Shown piece by piece: positions 26,780-40,200 of a stretch of DNA of 64,000 nt (the stretch's first letter is position 1; each line of letters opens with the position of its first letter). Position numbers and translations under genes: made by a program. The notes under the pieces are model-generated. The model was not told the origin of the DNA and searched no databases. It was given only the letters and a program-made list of their open reading frames with translations. This DNA is from Neocallimastix sp. 'constans' (lineage: Eukaryota). The DNA lies in NCBI GenBank assembly GCA_050613775.1, contig JBODTK010000131.1:1-64000 (forward strand), written 5' to 3'.

Positions 26780-28396
26780 TCATTCATAGATTAATAAGGT
26801 TTCATTATTAACTCTTTTATTATTATATTTTTCAATTATATAATTCTTCTTTTCCTATTTTTTATTTTCTTTTTTTCTCTTTTATCATTCTTTGATTTTC
26901 CAATTCTATTTTTATTAATTCATAGTCTTTTTCTATTTTTTCTTTCATCTTTTTTTCTTTTTCCAATTCCATTTTTATTAATTCATAGTCTTTTTCTATT
27001 TTTTCTTTCACCTTTTTTTCTTTTTCCAATTCCATTTTTATTAATTCATAGTCTTTTTCTATTTTTTCTTTCACCTTTTTTTCTTTTTCCAATTCCATTT
27101 TTATTAATTCATAGTCTTTTTCTATTTTTTTTTCTCCTTTTTTTCCTTTTCTAATTCTATTTTAATTACTTCATAATCTTTTTCTATTTTTTTTTTCTCC
27201 TTTTTTTCCTTTTCTAATTCTATTTTAATTACTTCATAATCTTTTTCTATTTTTTTTTTCTCCTTAAAGTAGTTTTCAATTTTTTCTTTTGCTATTCCTT
27301 CTTTTTTATATTTTATTTTCATTAATTCATTTTCTATTTCAAATACCTCACAATCTTTGTTTTTATTTTCATTAAATTCATTTGCTATTTTCAAAAAATA
27401 ACTGCTATTGCTGAATAGTACTTCAATTATATTTTTATTTTTACAAAAATTAATTAATTTTATAAATTTTGAATTAATTTCTGAAATATTTTTTAATTTA
27501 CAATAAAAATATTCTTTCGCAGAAATTATTTTTTCAATATCATTTTCATCAATTATTAATTTTATTTCTTTTTCAATAGAATATTCAACCAACAATTTAA
27601 ACATTTCAATATTATTATTTTGAATTGCCTCAAATGTTGGGGTATACCCTTTTTCAAATTTTTCATTTAATTTCAAAATAATTTTATTGTTATTGGCATA
27701 TTCTATTAATAATTGAACTATTTCAATATTATTATTTTGAGTGGCTCTTAAAAGTGGATACTCTCCATATTCATTCTTTTCATTCAAATTCAAAATAATT
27801 TTATTTTTATTGGCATAATCTATTAACAATTGAATCATTTCAGTATTATTATAAGAAGTAGCATTATAAAGTGGATAATCTCCATATTTATTTTTTTCAT
27901 TTAATTCTAAAATAATTTTATTTTCAGTGGCATAATCTATTAACAATTTAATTATTTCAATATTATTTTTATAAGTGGCACTTAAAAGTGGATACTCTCC
28001 ATATTCATTTTTTTCATTTAATTCTAAAATAAATTTATTTTTATTTGCGTAATCCATTAACAGTTGAACTATTTCAATATTATGATAACAAGAAGTAGCA
28101 TGTAAAAGTGGATACCATCCAGAGTTATCTTTTTCATTTAATTTCAAGATAATTTTATTTTTATTGGCATAATCAATTAACAATTGAAATATTTCAAATT
28201 GATTATATTCAATAGCTCTTAAAAGTGTATACCATCCAAATATTTTTTTATTTAATTCTAAAATAATTTTATTTTCAGTGGCATAATCTAAAATATTTTT
28301 TACTTTTTGAATATTGCCTTTTATACTTTCATAATGAAGTTCTACTTCCAGTTCTCTTTCTAAATTTTCTTTATTTCTATGAATATATGAATCTAT
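26780..28396 (-). pseudogene. Divergent ankyrin/coiled-coil copy 6, C-terminal ankyrin pair deleted
   Basis: Six N-terminal repeats and a different 21-aa unit (KEKIEKDYELIKMELEKEKKV). Homopolymer frameshifts at ~27125 and ~26860. Ends ...NNETLLIYE* because the last ankyrin block is missing. The ATG position reads ATA. Confidence 0.75.
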
Positions 28397-28427
28397 AATT
28401 TTTAATTTTTTTTTTTTTATTTTATAT

Positions 28428-28461
<34 letters not shown>

Positions 28462-28674
28462 GGCAGCAAACTTGTTTTTTTATAATGAATTTTTTTTTTT
28501 TTTTTTTTTTTTTAAGAATTTCCTTTAAAAAATGAAATTATTTATAATTTATTATTAATTTTTTATATTTTTTTTTATTTATTGAAAAAATAGTTTTATA
28601 AATAAAAGATTCTTTTCCTTTTATACTAAGAAGAAAAAAAAATGGAATTAAAAAAATTTTTTTAACAAAATTAT

Positions 28675-28709
<35 letters not shown>

Positions 28710-28917
28710 TTTAAAAAATTTGGAACTAAAAAAAAAAAAAAAATTATGCTTTTTTTATTAATTTTTTTTATATTATGTTTTTATTATATAAATTAAATGT
28801 ATCATATATATTTATTAAAAAATGTTTTTATTATTATGACTTCAAACTAACCTTTGAGTAAACCCCAAATATAATTGATATTTATAATAATGCCTAATTT
28901 TTGAAATTTTTGGAATA

Positions 28918-28948
<31 letters not shown>

Positions 28949-29053
28949 AACTATTTAAAAAATTATAAAAAATGAAATTATTATAACTATATACAATATA
29001 TAACAAATAATGCATCAAAATCTTTCAATAATTGTTTAAACTATTTTGTTTCC

Positions 29054-29084
<31 letters not shown>

Positions 29085-29162
29085 TTATTTTAAAAATTAA
29101 TATATTCATTAAAACAAAAATAATATTTATTTTATAATGATTATAAAAAGGAAAAGTGAGAG

Positions 29163-29199
<37 letters not shown>

Positions 29200-29201
<2 letters not shown>

Positions 29202-29330
29202 AGGAAAAACTGAAGAAATCAATGTTTTAATTGAAAAATACAGAATTATGGAATTCAAATTAATTGATAATGGAAGACTAAGAAATGATATCGTTGAATT
29301 ATGGTTTAAATGTTTAATTAAAAAATTATA
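29200..29330 (+). pseudogene. Short coding-like relic, possibly a DNA-transposase C-terminus
   Basis: Reads KTEEINVLIEKYRIMEFKLIDNGRLRNDIVELWFKCLIKKL*; no diagnostic catalytic motif. Confidence 0.25.
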
Positions 29331-29702
29331 ATTAAAAAATTTAAATAATATAAATCTTGATTTATATTTAACGATAAAGTAATGATCAAATGAAAAAGAC
29401 TTTGGGAATTCTGACGTACAAAATTAGTATTAGTTGTTAAAATTATTATTAATTAAAAATGCATAATTGCTTAAAAATTTAAAATTTTTTAGAAATAAAA
29501 TTTTAAAAAAAATTCAACATATTTTTTTATCATTAAATATTTCTTAGTAACTATTTTATTATTATTATTTTTTATATTTTTATTAATAACTTTTATATCT
29601 ATATCATTAATTTTATAAATACCATATAATTAATAATCATGAAGGTTGAAAAAAGTTTTTTTTTTTTTTTTTTAAAACTTTTATTTAATATTTATTATAA
29701 AG

Positions 29703-29770
29703 AATATCTTATTTTAAAAAATATCTTATTTTAAAAAATATCTCATTTTAAAGAATATCTTATTTTAAAG
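29703..29770. repeat. 4 x ~17-bp tandem repeat
   Basis: AATATCTTATTTTAAAA repeated four times. Confidence 0.85.
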
Positions 29771-29933
29771 TATATTTTTATTTATATATTTAATTTAAAA
29801 ATTTTATAAAACTTTTAATTTTAATTTTTATATTAATGAAAATATTTTTTTTTTTTGAATATTTTTAAGAATATTTAAAGTATATATATATATATATTTA
29901 ATTTTTAAGATTTATGGGCCTTTTTAGTTTTTT

Positions 29934-29972
<39 letters not shown>

Positions 29973-30080
29973 CTATTTTTATTAATTATACATTTAGGAT
30001 AATTATAATAATTAAAAAAAAAATAAAAAAAAAAAAACTTGAAAATGCTTATCTAACACCAATTTTTTTATCCGTATATG

Positions 30081-30117
<37 letters not shown>

Positions 30118-30261
30118 TATATAAATTTTCAATTAGAAAGATTATTTTTTTTTATCAACTTTAAACTTAAATTATGAATTATTTACAATTTTATTTAATA
30201 AGTATGTGATTATTTATAGCAATAAACAACATAATATAAATAAATTTTAATATATAATAAA

Positions 30262-30387
<126 letters not shown>

Positions 30388-30520
30388 GTAGTTGTTAAGA
30401 ATCAGGAATTTATGGATTATGGATTATAATATATATTAATACATTGTATATTTTCCATTATTTACTTTGCAATATGTTTTAATACATTTGAAGGTTATTT
30501 ATATTTCATATATTCTAACA

Positions 30521-30643
<123 letters not shown>

Positions 30644-31142
30644 GTTAATAATAATTAAAAATTAAAAATAAATATAAATATGAAATATATATATATATAA
30701 CCTTTACTATGTTTTCTGAATATTCATTATTCATTATTCATTATTAATTATTAATTATTAATAATTATTATATATTAATCAATATAAAATAAAAAAAATT
30801 AAATTTATGAAAGCTTTTAATTTATTATAAATATAAATTGATCATCAATTATAATTTTTAATTAATTTTTTATTTATTTATATTTATTTATAATTATTAT
30901 TTATTTAGTTTTATTACAATTTATTTATTTTTATTTATTTATTTATTTATACTTATTTAATTATATTTTTATTTTTTTATTTATTGATTCCTAATATATA
31001 TTATTAATTTTTTCTATTGTTATTCTTTTATTTATTTAATCTAAAATTGTTATCGTTACTATTATTACTTTTTATTTATTTAAATATTTATAAATTTATT
31101 TAATTTTATCTTGTTTTTATATTTATATTACTATTTTTTTAT

Positions 31143-32936
31143 TTATAATTTAAATAAATCTTTTATTAAATTAACAAGATCTTTTACAATATTACCAACA
31201 AAAGTACAAATATTTGATGGTTTAGTTAACTTTGTAATTGGCACTTCAGTTGGTTCTTCAATTGGTTCTTCAGTTGGTTCTTCAGTTGGTTCTTCAGTTG
31301 GTTCTGTAGTTGGTTCTTCAGTTGGTTCTTCAGTTGGTTCTTCAGTTGGTTCTGTAGTTGGTTCTTCAGTTGGTTCTTCAGTTGGTTCTTCGGTTGGTTC
31401 TGTAGTTGGTTCTGTAGTTGGTTCTTCCATTGATATTCCTGTTGGTTCATCAATTGGAATGCCCATCATTATTCTCCAATCAATACCATCAAATCTATGA
31501 TAATTAAGTTCACCTTCTACTTCCTTATCAATTGAATATTTATAGTTTTCATCCATATAAACTGGATCACATTCTAAATTATATTCCTTACAAACTGTTC
31601 TATATCTTTCAAGAATCCAATATTTAATACCATAGGCATCACTTCCAACACCTTGATTATTAACAGTGGTAAACTCACTATTAGCCTCCCATTCTTCCAT
31701 AGAATAATCGGTTGGATTAGCTAAATTGAGAATACCTGGTTTGAGTCCATTTTCATTTGGAGTTTTATCATTTAAAACATATGGTCTAATAAAATCTTTT
31801 AAATCATCAATATGTGGGAAAAGAGTGGTTGGATTAAAGACTTTGCTAACGAATTCCGAAAGTTTACTTTCAAAACGAGGAAGATTATCCCATATAATAA
31901 TATCTGAAATATGGTGTTGTAAATGGAACCATTGACGAACAGAGTGATGTGGATAATTCTTATCTTTAGGTGGGTTCAAATTCATAAATTCAATACTAAC
32001 AACATCTTGACCAAGATCACTATCAAAGTCGTAAAAAATCATAGTCCACTTACCAGTTTTCTTATTTTTATACATACTATAGTTGTGACCTCCAAGTAAG
32101 AAATGATCCCATGCACCAGTTAAATATTCAAAGACAGCTAAATATAAAAATTGATCAACATCAAAAATATCTTCGATTTCTTCAATAGTTTGAGCGTTAT
32201 CAAGAGCCTTAAAAAGATTATCCCATTCGGTTCTATCTGTATATTTGTCATCTTCATTTTCACAATGGCCAACACTATTTATTAATGATAAATAATTAGC
32301 AGCTTCTCTACATTTATATAAGTTTTTAGTATCTTTTTCACCAAATACTTGTTCAATCCATGGAATTTTTGGAGCATCCATTAAGACATAGAATCCGAAG
32401 TATTCTTCATTAACATATAATTTAATATAATTAGCTGAAATTGAAGGTATACCTAAACGGTTAAGCATATCACAACATAACTTTGATCTTAAGTAGGTAG
32501 CATCACGAGGATCAGAACGAACTCTAAAATGAGTACGACCAAATAAATCCTTATTTTTATCACGAATTTTGATGTTAAATCCTTGTCTACCATAGCTACG
32601 AGCTGAACTACCTCCAATATCAAAAGTAACTTTATTAAATATTTCTTCTTTATCATTAATTTCAACAACCAAAGTAGCATTTTTAACCTTTTCAAATTCA
32701 ATTACTTTATTATCAAAATCTAATTCTCCGAGAGCTTCAACCATAGAAACTTTTTCGACTTGCATAACGTTTTTCAATTCTTTTAATTGGTCATCTGATA
32801 TAGTTACTCTAAATGTTGGAACTTCCTTATCCATTATTTCAAATAATTTTGCTCTTTTTCCATCTTCAATATAAGAAGTGGAGGCTAATATTAATTGAGC
32901 AACTATTAAAAATAGTAATATTATTTTTTCTAACAT
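31143..32936 (-). CDS. cotH: Secreted CotH-family (spore-coat kinase-like) protein with Pro/Thr/Glu linker, paralog A
   Basis: Signal peptide MLEKIILLFLIVAQLILA and CotH motifs GGSSAR..GFNIK, RSDPRDATYLRSKL..D, LYVNEEYFGFY, LYKC, WDHF..GHNY, YDFD..LG. (EEPT/TEPT)n tail. Single exon, 597 aa. Confidence 0.93.
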   Translation of the reverse strand: MLEKIILLFLIVAQLILASTSYIEDGKRAKLFEIMDKEVPTFRVTISDDQLKELKNVMQVEKVSMVEALGELDFDNKVIEFEKVKNATLVVEINDKEEIFNKVTFDIGGSSARSYGRQGFNIKIRDKNKDLFGRTHFRVRSDPRDATYLRSKLCCDMLNRLGIPSISANYIKLYVNEEYFGFYVLMDAPKIPWIEQVFGEKDTKNLYKCREAANYLSLINSVGHCENEDDKYTDRTEWDNLFKALDNAQTIEEIEDIFDVDQFLYLAVFEYLTGAWDHFLLGGHNYSMYKNKKTGKWTMIFYDFDSDLGQDVVSIEFMNLNPPKDKNYPHHSVRQWFHLQHHISDIIIWDNLPRFESKLSEFVSKVFNPTTLFPHIDDLKDFIRPYVLNDKTPNENGLKPGILNLANPTDYSMEEWEANSEFTTVNNQGVGSDAYGIKYWILERYRTVCKEYNLECDPVYMDENYKYSIDKEVEGELNYHRFDGIDWRIMMGIPIDEPTGISMEEPTTEPTTEPTEEPTEEPTEEPTTEPTEEPTEEPTEEPTTEPTEEPTEEPTEEPIEEPTEVPITKLTKPSNICTFVGNIVKDLVNLIKDLFKL

Positions 32937-33259
32937 TTTTTTTTTTATTATATAAATATTTTTTTTTATATTTTCTCTTTTCTTTAGTTTTATTTTTATT
33001 TTATTTTATTTTATTTTATTTTATTTTATTTTATTTTTTGTTTTATTTCATTAATTGATTATAAATTAATCAATAAAGAGAAAAAAGTGAAAAAAAAAAA
33101 TAAACAATATTTTCTTCTATTTATATTATTTTTCTTTTTTTAAAAAAAAAAAATAAATAAATAATAAATAAATATATTTAATATATATTTATATATTTAA
33201 TTTATCTTTTTTAAATATTTTTAAATATTTTTATTAAAAAATACCAAAGATGGATGAAC

Positions 33260-33291
<32 letters not shown>

Positions 33292-34798
33292 TTAAATTAA
33301 CTTTATTTTTTAAAAAAATTCCATATATATATAAGGAGAAAATTAATAAAAAAAAAAAAGAATCGAACATTTTAATACTTTTAATATGCATAAATATATT
33401 ATTCTTTGTAATATATAAATACTTAATTATTTAATGTTAATTAAAAAAAAAATAAAAAAATAAATAGAAAAGAAAAAATAATACATAAATTATATATATT
33501 AATAATGTATAATTAATTGTATAAAGTTATTACATTTAATTGACCTGCACCTCTAATTTTTTTTTATTATTGAGAGTTGTTACAAATAAAAACTTTAATT
33601 AATATAAAAATTTATCAAAGATAAGCACAAAAAAATTTTATGTTGTGGAAAAGAAACTAAAATATTTTTAAAATTTTAAATGTTACGTGGTGTATAATTT
33701 ATTGTACTTTTTTATGATTTATCAAGTTAGTCATAACCATTCTTTCAATAATAACACAATAAAATTCTGTAAAAAAGTTTTAATTCTATAATAATTTTAC
33801 AATTATTGTAACCCTTTATTTAACTTTATTAATATTAAAGGTAGATTTTATTATTTTTTATAACAAATATACTTTAATATATTATAATATATTTTTAAAT
33901 AGTCTAATAAATTTCATTATTATTAATTATTATAAAATATTCTTAATGATTATTTTCATTTTATTTTCGAAAAAAAAAAAGAGAAAAGTTTTATAGTAGT
34001 ATTAATAAAAAGTAATTTCTTTAAAAAAAATGGAAGATTGAAAAAGAAATTGTTACATTTGTATTATTATCATTGAATATATTGAATATTACACTAATTT
34101 AATTAAAATTAAAAATAAAAATAATAAAAATAAAAATAAAAATAAAAATTAGAAACACATATATTTAAAAAATATGGTAAAGATTTCATATTTAATTATT
34201 AATTATTAATTAATAATATTTATTAATTTTTTTTTTATATTTATTATTAATTATTAATTTTTATTATTTTTTATAGAATTAACCCAAAAAAAAAAAAAAA
34301 GAAAAATTTTATTCTATCTTTAATCATTATTAAATATTAATATTAATTTAAAACTCTAATATGATTGGTTGAAATAAATTTTGCTATTTATTTATTTATT
34401 TATTTTTTTTATATCTAATAATCAAAATTAAAAATTTTTGCAAAGAGAAAGAAATCATTAATACAATTAATCGATAATTTTATATTTTAACAATGCTTTT
34501 TTTTTTTTTTTTATGAATGATATATATGCTAAGATAATTATTTTTGTTTTTTTTTTAAAAAATATTAAATATAAAAGAAATTCAATTCCAATAAAAATAT
34601 TTATATATAAAAAACCAAAAAAGGTCTTCACTTCTATTTTAGAAAAAGACAAAAAATTAATTTTTTAAAAAATAATAAAAATTTAAATTATTTCTTCGAA
34701 CTTTCTTTATAGGGAATAAAAAGAATAAAATAAAGATTAAAGTTCGCAATAATTGCGGCTATAAAAAAAAATAAGTAAATAAATAAATATATAGGTAA

Positions 34799-34829
<31 letters not shown>

Positions 34830-35091
34830 ATATTGGTAAATATTACTTTATTTTTTTTTTTTTTTTTTTTTTTTTTAGACTAGGAATAAACTTTATTTAA
34901 TAATATTTTTTTTTAAAGGTAAATATTAACTGATTCTTGACTACTTCATGATCATTGGTTTAATCCATCATATAAAAAAAAAATTGATACAAAATACATA
35001 TTAATAATTTTTGATATAAAATGAAAATAAAAACTTTAATTATTAATAAATTATTTTATAATAATTACATTAAAATAAACTAATAAGTCAT

Positions 35092-36262
35092 TTGAAAATA
35101 TATAAAACAAAATAGCTGTAAGTTAACATATTTGTTTATTTAATAATAATTATTAAATATTGAAATTTATAATCTTTTCTTTATAATAATTTTTATAATA
35201 ATTTCTTATTTAAATTATATATTAATATCTATTCTGTTATGTATTAATTAGAATATTATTTTATTTTATATATTTTATAATTTAATATACTTAACTTTTA
35301 TAATTTTATTATAATTAATAACTATTACATATTATATTATATATTATAATATAATTAAATATATATAATATTATTATAACATATTCTTATATATTATTAT
35401 ATTATTATACCAAAAAAATTTTATATGCAAATAATCCTAAAGTAATAACGATTCTTCGAGTAATTTATTAAACAATTGTTAATTTTGGTTATTTTTCTAG
35501 AATAAGAAAATATTAATATTATAAAAAGATAATTATAAAAGTAAAAAAATTAATAGCATATAAAAGTCCCACATATCAGATTTGATGTAAAACAAATAGG
35601 TGTAGTTTACATATTTTTATATTTAATCATAATTATTAAATATTAAAATTTAATATCTCTTCTGTCAATAATAATATTTGAAATAATTTCTTATTCATAT
35701 ATTATTCAATATTTATATATATATTATTCATTACAATATTTAATATATTAAATAAATTAAATAGTTAATTTCTTTTAAATATATAATAAGAATATTATTA
35801 TATATATAATTTAAATATTCTTATTTATTTTAAAGTTTATATTAAAAATATATAATTCTTCTATATATTATAATATAATGAAATAGATATAGTTATTTTA
35901 ATTATAATTAAATATATATAGTTGATATTATTTATTATATTCATATTTATTATTTAATGTTATTCTTATATATTTATCTTTATTATTCTTATTTTCATTT
36001 AAAGAATTATATAGTTATATTTATTATTTCTAATATATATTTATTATATATTATACTATACTTTGATAGATTATATTTTAAATGTATATATTTATTATTT
36101 TAATATTTAATAAAATTATTATAAAGATTTCCTAATAACAACTCATCTTTATTGTAATTATGGGAAGAGCCTGATTAATTGGGTTCATAAATTGAAATAT
36201 ATTAATAAATGTTAATTTAAATAAAACATTACTATTAAAAATTAGTAGCATATAAAAGTCAT
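35092..36262 (+). repeat. Two tandem degenerate copies of the gypsy-type LTR seen at 37271-37825
   Basis: Both copies (~35092-35578 and ~35583-36262) share the start block TGTA(G)..ACATATTT.TATATTTAAT and the end block GCATATAAAAGTC(CC..ATATCA). Confidence 0.6.
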
Positions 36263-36269
36263 ATAAGAT

Positions 36270-37020
36270 TAATTATCATATGATTTATAAAAATAACGTG
36301 ATATAAAATAGATTTATGTAATATCATAAATTTTATAAAATGCTAAAAAAAATTAATATTAACATAATAAATGATAACATAAATTTTATGTAATGTAAAT
36401 ATGTAAATTTATAAATTAAGTTTATTGTATTTTATTTTAATTATTTTATTTTATTATGTTTTTATATATTTTTATATGTTATAATTATTATAAATATTTT
36501 ATTAATTATATTATACTTTCTATATTATTTAACTAATAATTAATTCTTATTATTTAGAAATATTATACAATTAAAGAGTATTATATAAAGAATACTTTTT
36601 CTTTATATTAATTTTTTGAAACAACAATTGTAACAGCATATAATGTTTTTGCCACTTTTAATATTTAATTATATTAACAAATAAAAGTAATTTAATATTA
36701 TTAATAATACATTAATAATATGAAATTATAAAATTTAGTACTAAATTAAATAAATATTTAAATTATAAAATTATTATTTCCTAAAAAGAGATAACCGAAC
36801 CTAAAGATTATATCATTTTATTAATTATTAAAAATGATATATACTCATGTTCGAGGAACTGTTATTGGGATTTATTAAAGTATTATTTATTTATTTAATT
36901 TTACTATTATGATTAAATATATTCAAGTAAAATAATTTTACTTGACTACACCTTTAAAACTATCTAACGACTTTCTCACATACACTTCTCTTAATTCGGA
37001 GAAGTGTTTTATTTCTTTGT
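36270..37020 (+). repeat. Dispersed AT-rich repeat (also ~53640-54270 and, inverted, ~63540-63840); possible non-autonomous Helitron-like element
   Basis: Shared block AACGTGATATAA..ATTTATGTAATATCATAAATT..AACATAAATTTTATGT. A 9-bp hairpin ACACTTCTC/GAGAAGTGT lies at 36982-37007. Confidence 0.5.
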
Positions 37021-37270
37021 TATTTAGTTATAATTTACTATTTAATTAGTTGTTCTTATGATTAAAATAAACTATTTAATGAATTTTTATGTTTAAGTAT
37101 TATAATTATTAATAATTATTATTTAAGAAAACATTTAATAATTATATAAATATCAATATATCAATATATATAAAAAAAAAAAAAAATATAGTTAAAATAT
37201 TGATTTATGTTATAAAATTTATTATTAATTATAAGTATAATTGATATTTAGAAATAATTCAATTAAAATA

Positions 37271-40200
37271 TGATATAGAACGTATATGTGTAGCAACATA
37301 TTTGTATATTTAATAATATTTATTAAATGTTAAATTTATATCTTTTTGTCAATAATTATTTCTGATATATATTCTTTTTCATATATTAATATTCATATAT
37401 ATTATTAATTTAACATTAAATATATTTAATTACATAGTTATTTTACATAATAATTTTCTTATTATATTTAACTTAAATATTCTTATTTCTCTTTAAGATT
37501 TTATTAAATATACATAGTTCTTTTATATATTATAATATAATGAGATAATTATAATTACTTATATTGTAATTAATCATATATAGTTGATTTTATTTATTTT
37601 ATTAATTATTATATTATATTCTTATATATTTTTACTTTATATTTATTTATAGGATTAAATTATAATTTTTATACATAAATATAGATAATTCTATTAATAA
37701 TCATTCTTCATGTAAATTATTAGACAGAGATTGATTTGATTATTTTCTAGGATAAAAAATATTAATATTAATAATAAGATAATTATATTAGTAAAAATAA
37801 TTAAAAATAAAAGTCCCGTATATCAAAAAATTGGTGGGGATATCAGGGATGTGCATTTGTAGAGTTATTTTATTTTTAGGATTTTGTTTTGGAATTAATA
37901 TTATTTGGAAACAATAATAATTGAGTGTTATATAAGATATTTTTATTTATTATTTATAAATTTTATTAATAACACGTATATTTAAGTTATTAAATTAAAA
38001 TACTTATGGACAACTGGAAATTTGGACCAGAATAAAAACGAATAAGTCTTCAATTTATTTAGATTGACAAAAATAATTAGTAATAGTGATATTAGTTATA
38101 ATAGTTATAATTAATAGTTGTATATAAACAAAAATATTTAGATAAAATATATTTTATCTAAATATTTTACGATTTAAATAGTATAAGATAGTAATAAATA
38201 TTATTTTCTTAGTTAGTCCTTTATAATGAATAATACAGTAATTCAATTAAAAACAATATATATATATATTGTTTTAAAATATAAAGGTTATAAATTTAAT
38301 TTAAAAGCCTTATTATTAATAAAATTTAATAATCAAAATGAGTAGTAGTAGAGGTAGTAGCCGATTCAGTGATACCGTTTCGGACTTTGATACTAAAACT
38401 CTTCCAAGAATTGGTGTATCTCGTAGAGATGCAGAAATTTGGAAGTTTATAATTAATGACTGGTTCAAAAGAGAAGTTATTTACTACTGACGAAAATAAA
38501 TTTAATTATATTATTGCCGCTGCTGAAGTTGATATTGTAAAGGTTCTAAAGGAAAAGGAAGCAGAAGTCAATAGACCTCTTACATTAGACTAATGTGTTA
38601 AATTGGTGAAGAAGAAATATTGGAGATAAAACCAAAAAAAAAAAAAAAAACGATAATAAATTAAGACATTTAAAGCGTATTACTAAAGAACCATATTAAA
38701 CAGTATACGACTTTAATACTAGGTACTTGGATTTATATGATCAATTGGAATAAAGCATTTATTTCAGTTATCGATTATGAAAATGCTCTTAGACCAAAAA
38801 TACAAATTTACACTAAAATAACTATGAAGGAATGTAAATCCCTAGAAGATGCCTGTAGTAAAGCAGAAAAATATATGAATATATTACAGGAATCTCACTA
38901 TTATAGAAATATTAGGCTAAATGAAAGAAATTTAAACAGCAATTATAATAATTATTCCCCTATTAACCAACCTATTATTTCTCCTATTAATAATTATAAT
39001 AATTCATGGATTTGGAAATAATATTTGTATTAGATTCAATGGAATTAAATATACCTGATTCCAATATTCCTAACAAAGTAATGGATAAAAATAATAAAAT
39101 AAAAGTAATGGAACAAACCAAAACAAAAGAAAAAACTACTAGAGTAGGTCAAATTATTAAATTACTAGAAGGTATTGAACTATATTATCAAAAAATTACA
39201 GAATACCCCAGCAAATATTACTTTAGTCCAATTAATAGGTATAAGTAAGTGCTCTACCTTCGGATATTACGAAAAGTTTTAAAAAGGTCAAAAACTGAGG
39301 ATGATGCGGTGGTAGGATAGACAGAATATTATAATGATATTAGAGAATTTGAAATAGTAAAAAAAAATCCTACTCCTTGCTACGCGACACCAGACCTTCA
39401 AGAACATGATATTGCTATTGTCAATGGTCATTCTATTGTTGTATTAATTGATGGTGGTACCAATACAAACTTAGTAGCCAGATCTGGTGGGGATACATCA
39501 AGTATGATCTAATGTTGATGAATGTGCCTATGAAATGGTAAAACTAGAAGTACAAATCGGTTCGCTAAAAATTAATGCTATTTTTTAGAATTTTTGATAA
39601 TGATGACTCAATATTTAACATAATAATTAATTTAAAAACACATTTGCTAATTATAAGTTATTAGTACATGCAAACAGTATAAATATTTTTATACTTGAAA
39701 AATAATACTAATAAAATAAATGATGTATTTACCTTGAATGTAGTACCTCTAAATGATGTACATGATTTTCACACTCCTGCAATGTTTTTTGCTATTTTCT
39801 AGAAAACAATACTTACATTAATAATTATTTATTTAGCACTAATAAAAATAATAAAGTTGGTTAAAATAAAATATTGGAAAAATTAATTAATAATACGGAC
39901 ATTAAGGATGAAAATTTTAAAAAATGAATTTAAATCCATATTAACTACCTATTCAATTGAAATAAACATTTCTAGTGATGATTTGAAACCATCTAAAATT
40001 GCTACCTCATCACCTTGAATTAGTAGACAGTAGTCAACCAATAAAACAAGGAGCATATAGGATTTTCCCAGGAACAACTATCAACTTTAAAGGAAGAGTT
40101 AAAGAAATTAATAGATAAAGCATTAATCGCTCCTTCTCATTTACCTTGGTCTTCTCATATTGTTTTTGGTACCAAAGAAAAAATGGTCGTTGGAGGCTTT

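Noticed and set aside
15174..28396. Diversity-generating retroelement as the source of ankyrin variation
   Set aside because: No template/variable repeat pair or DGR-type RT. The nearby RT is an ordinary copia, and variation is not confined to one C-terminal region.
31111..31500. GSSV-repeat ORF (also 49550-49888) and the NQLK/SHLK alternative-frame ORFs
   Set aside because: Antisense or out-of-frame readings of the cotH linker repeat.
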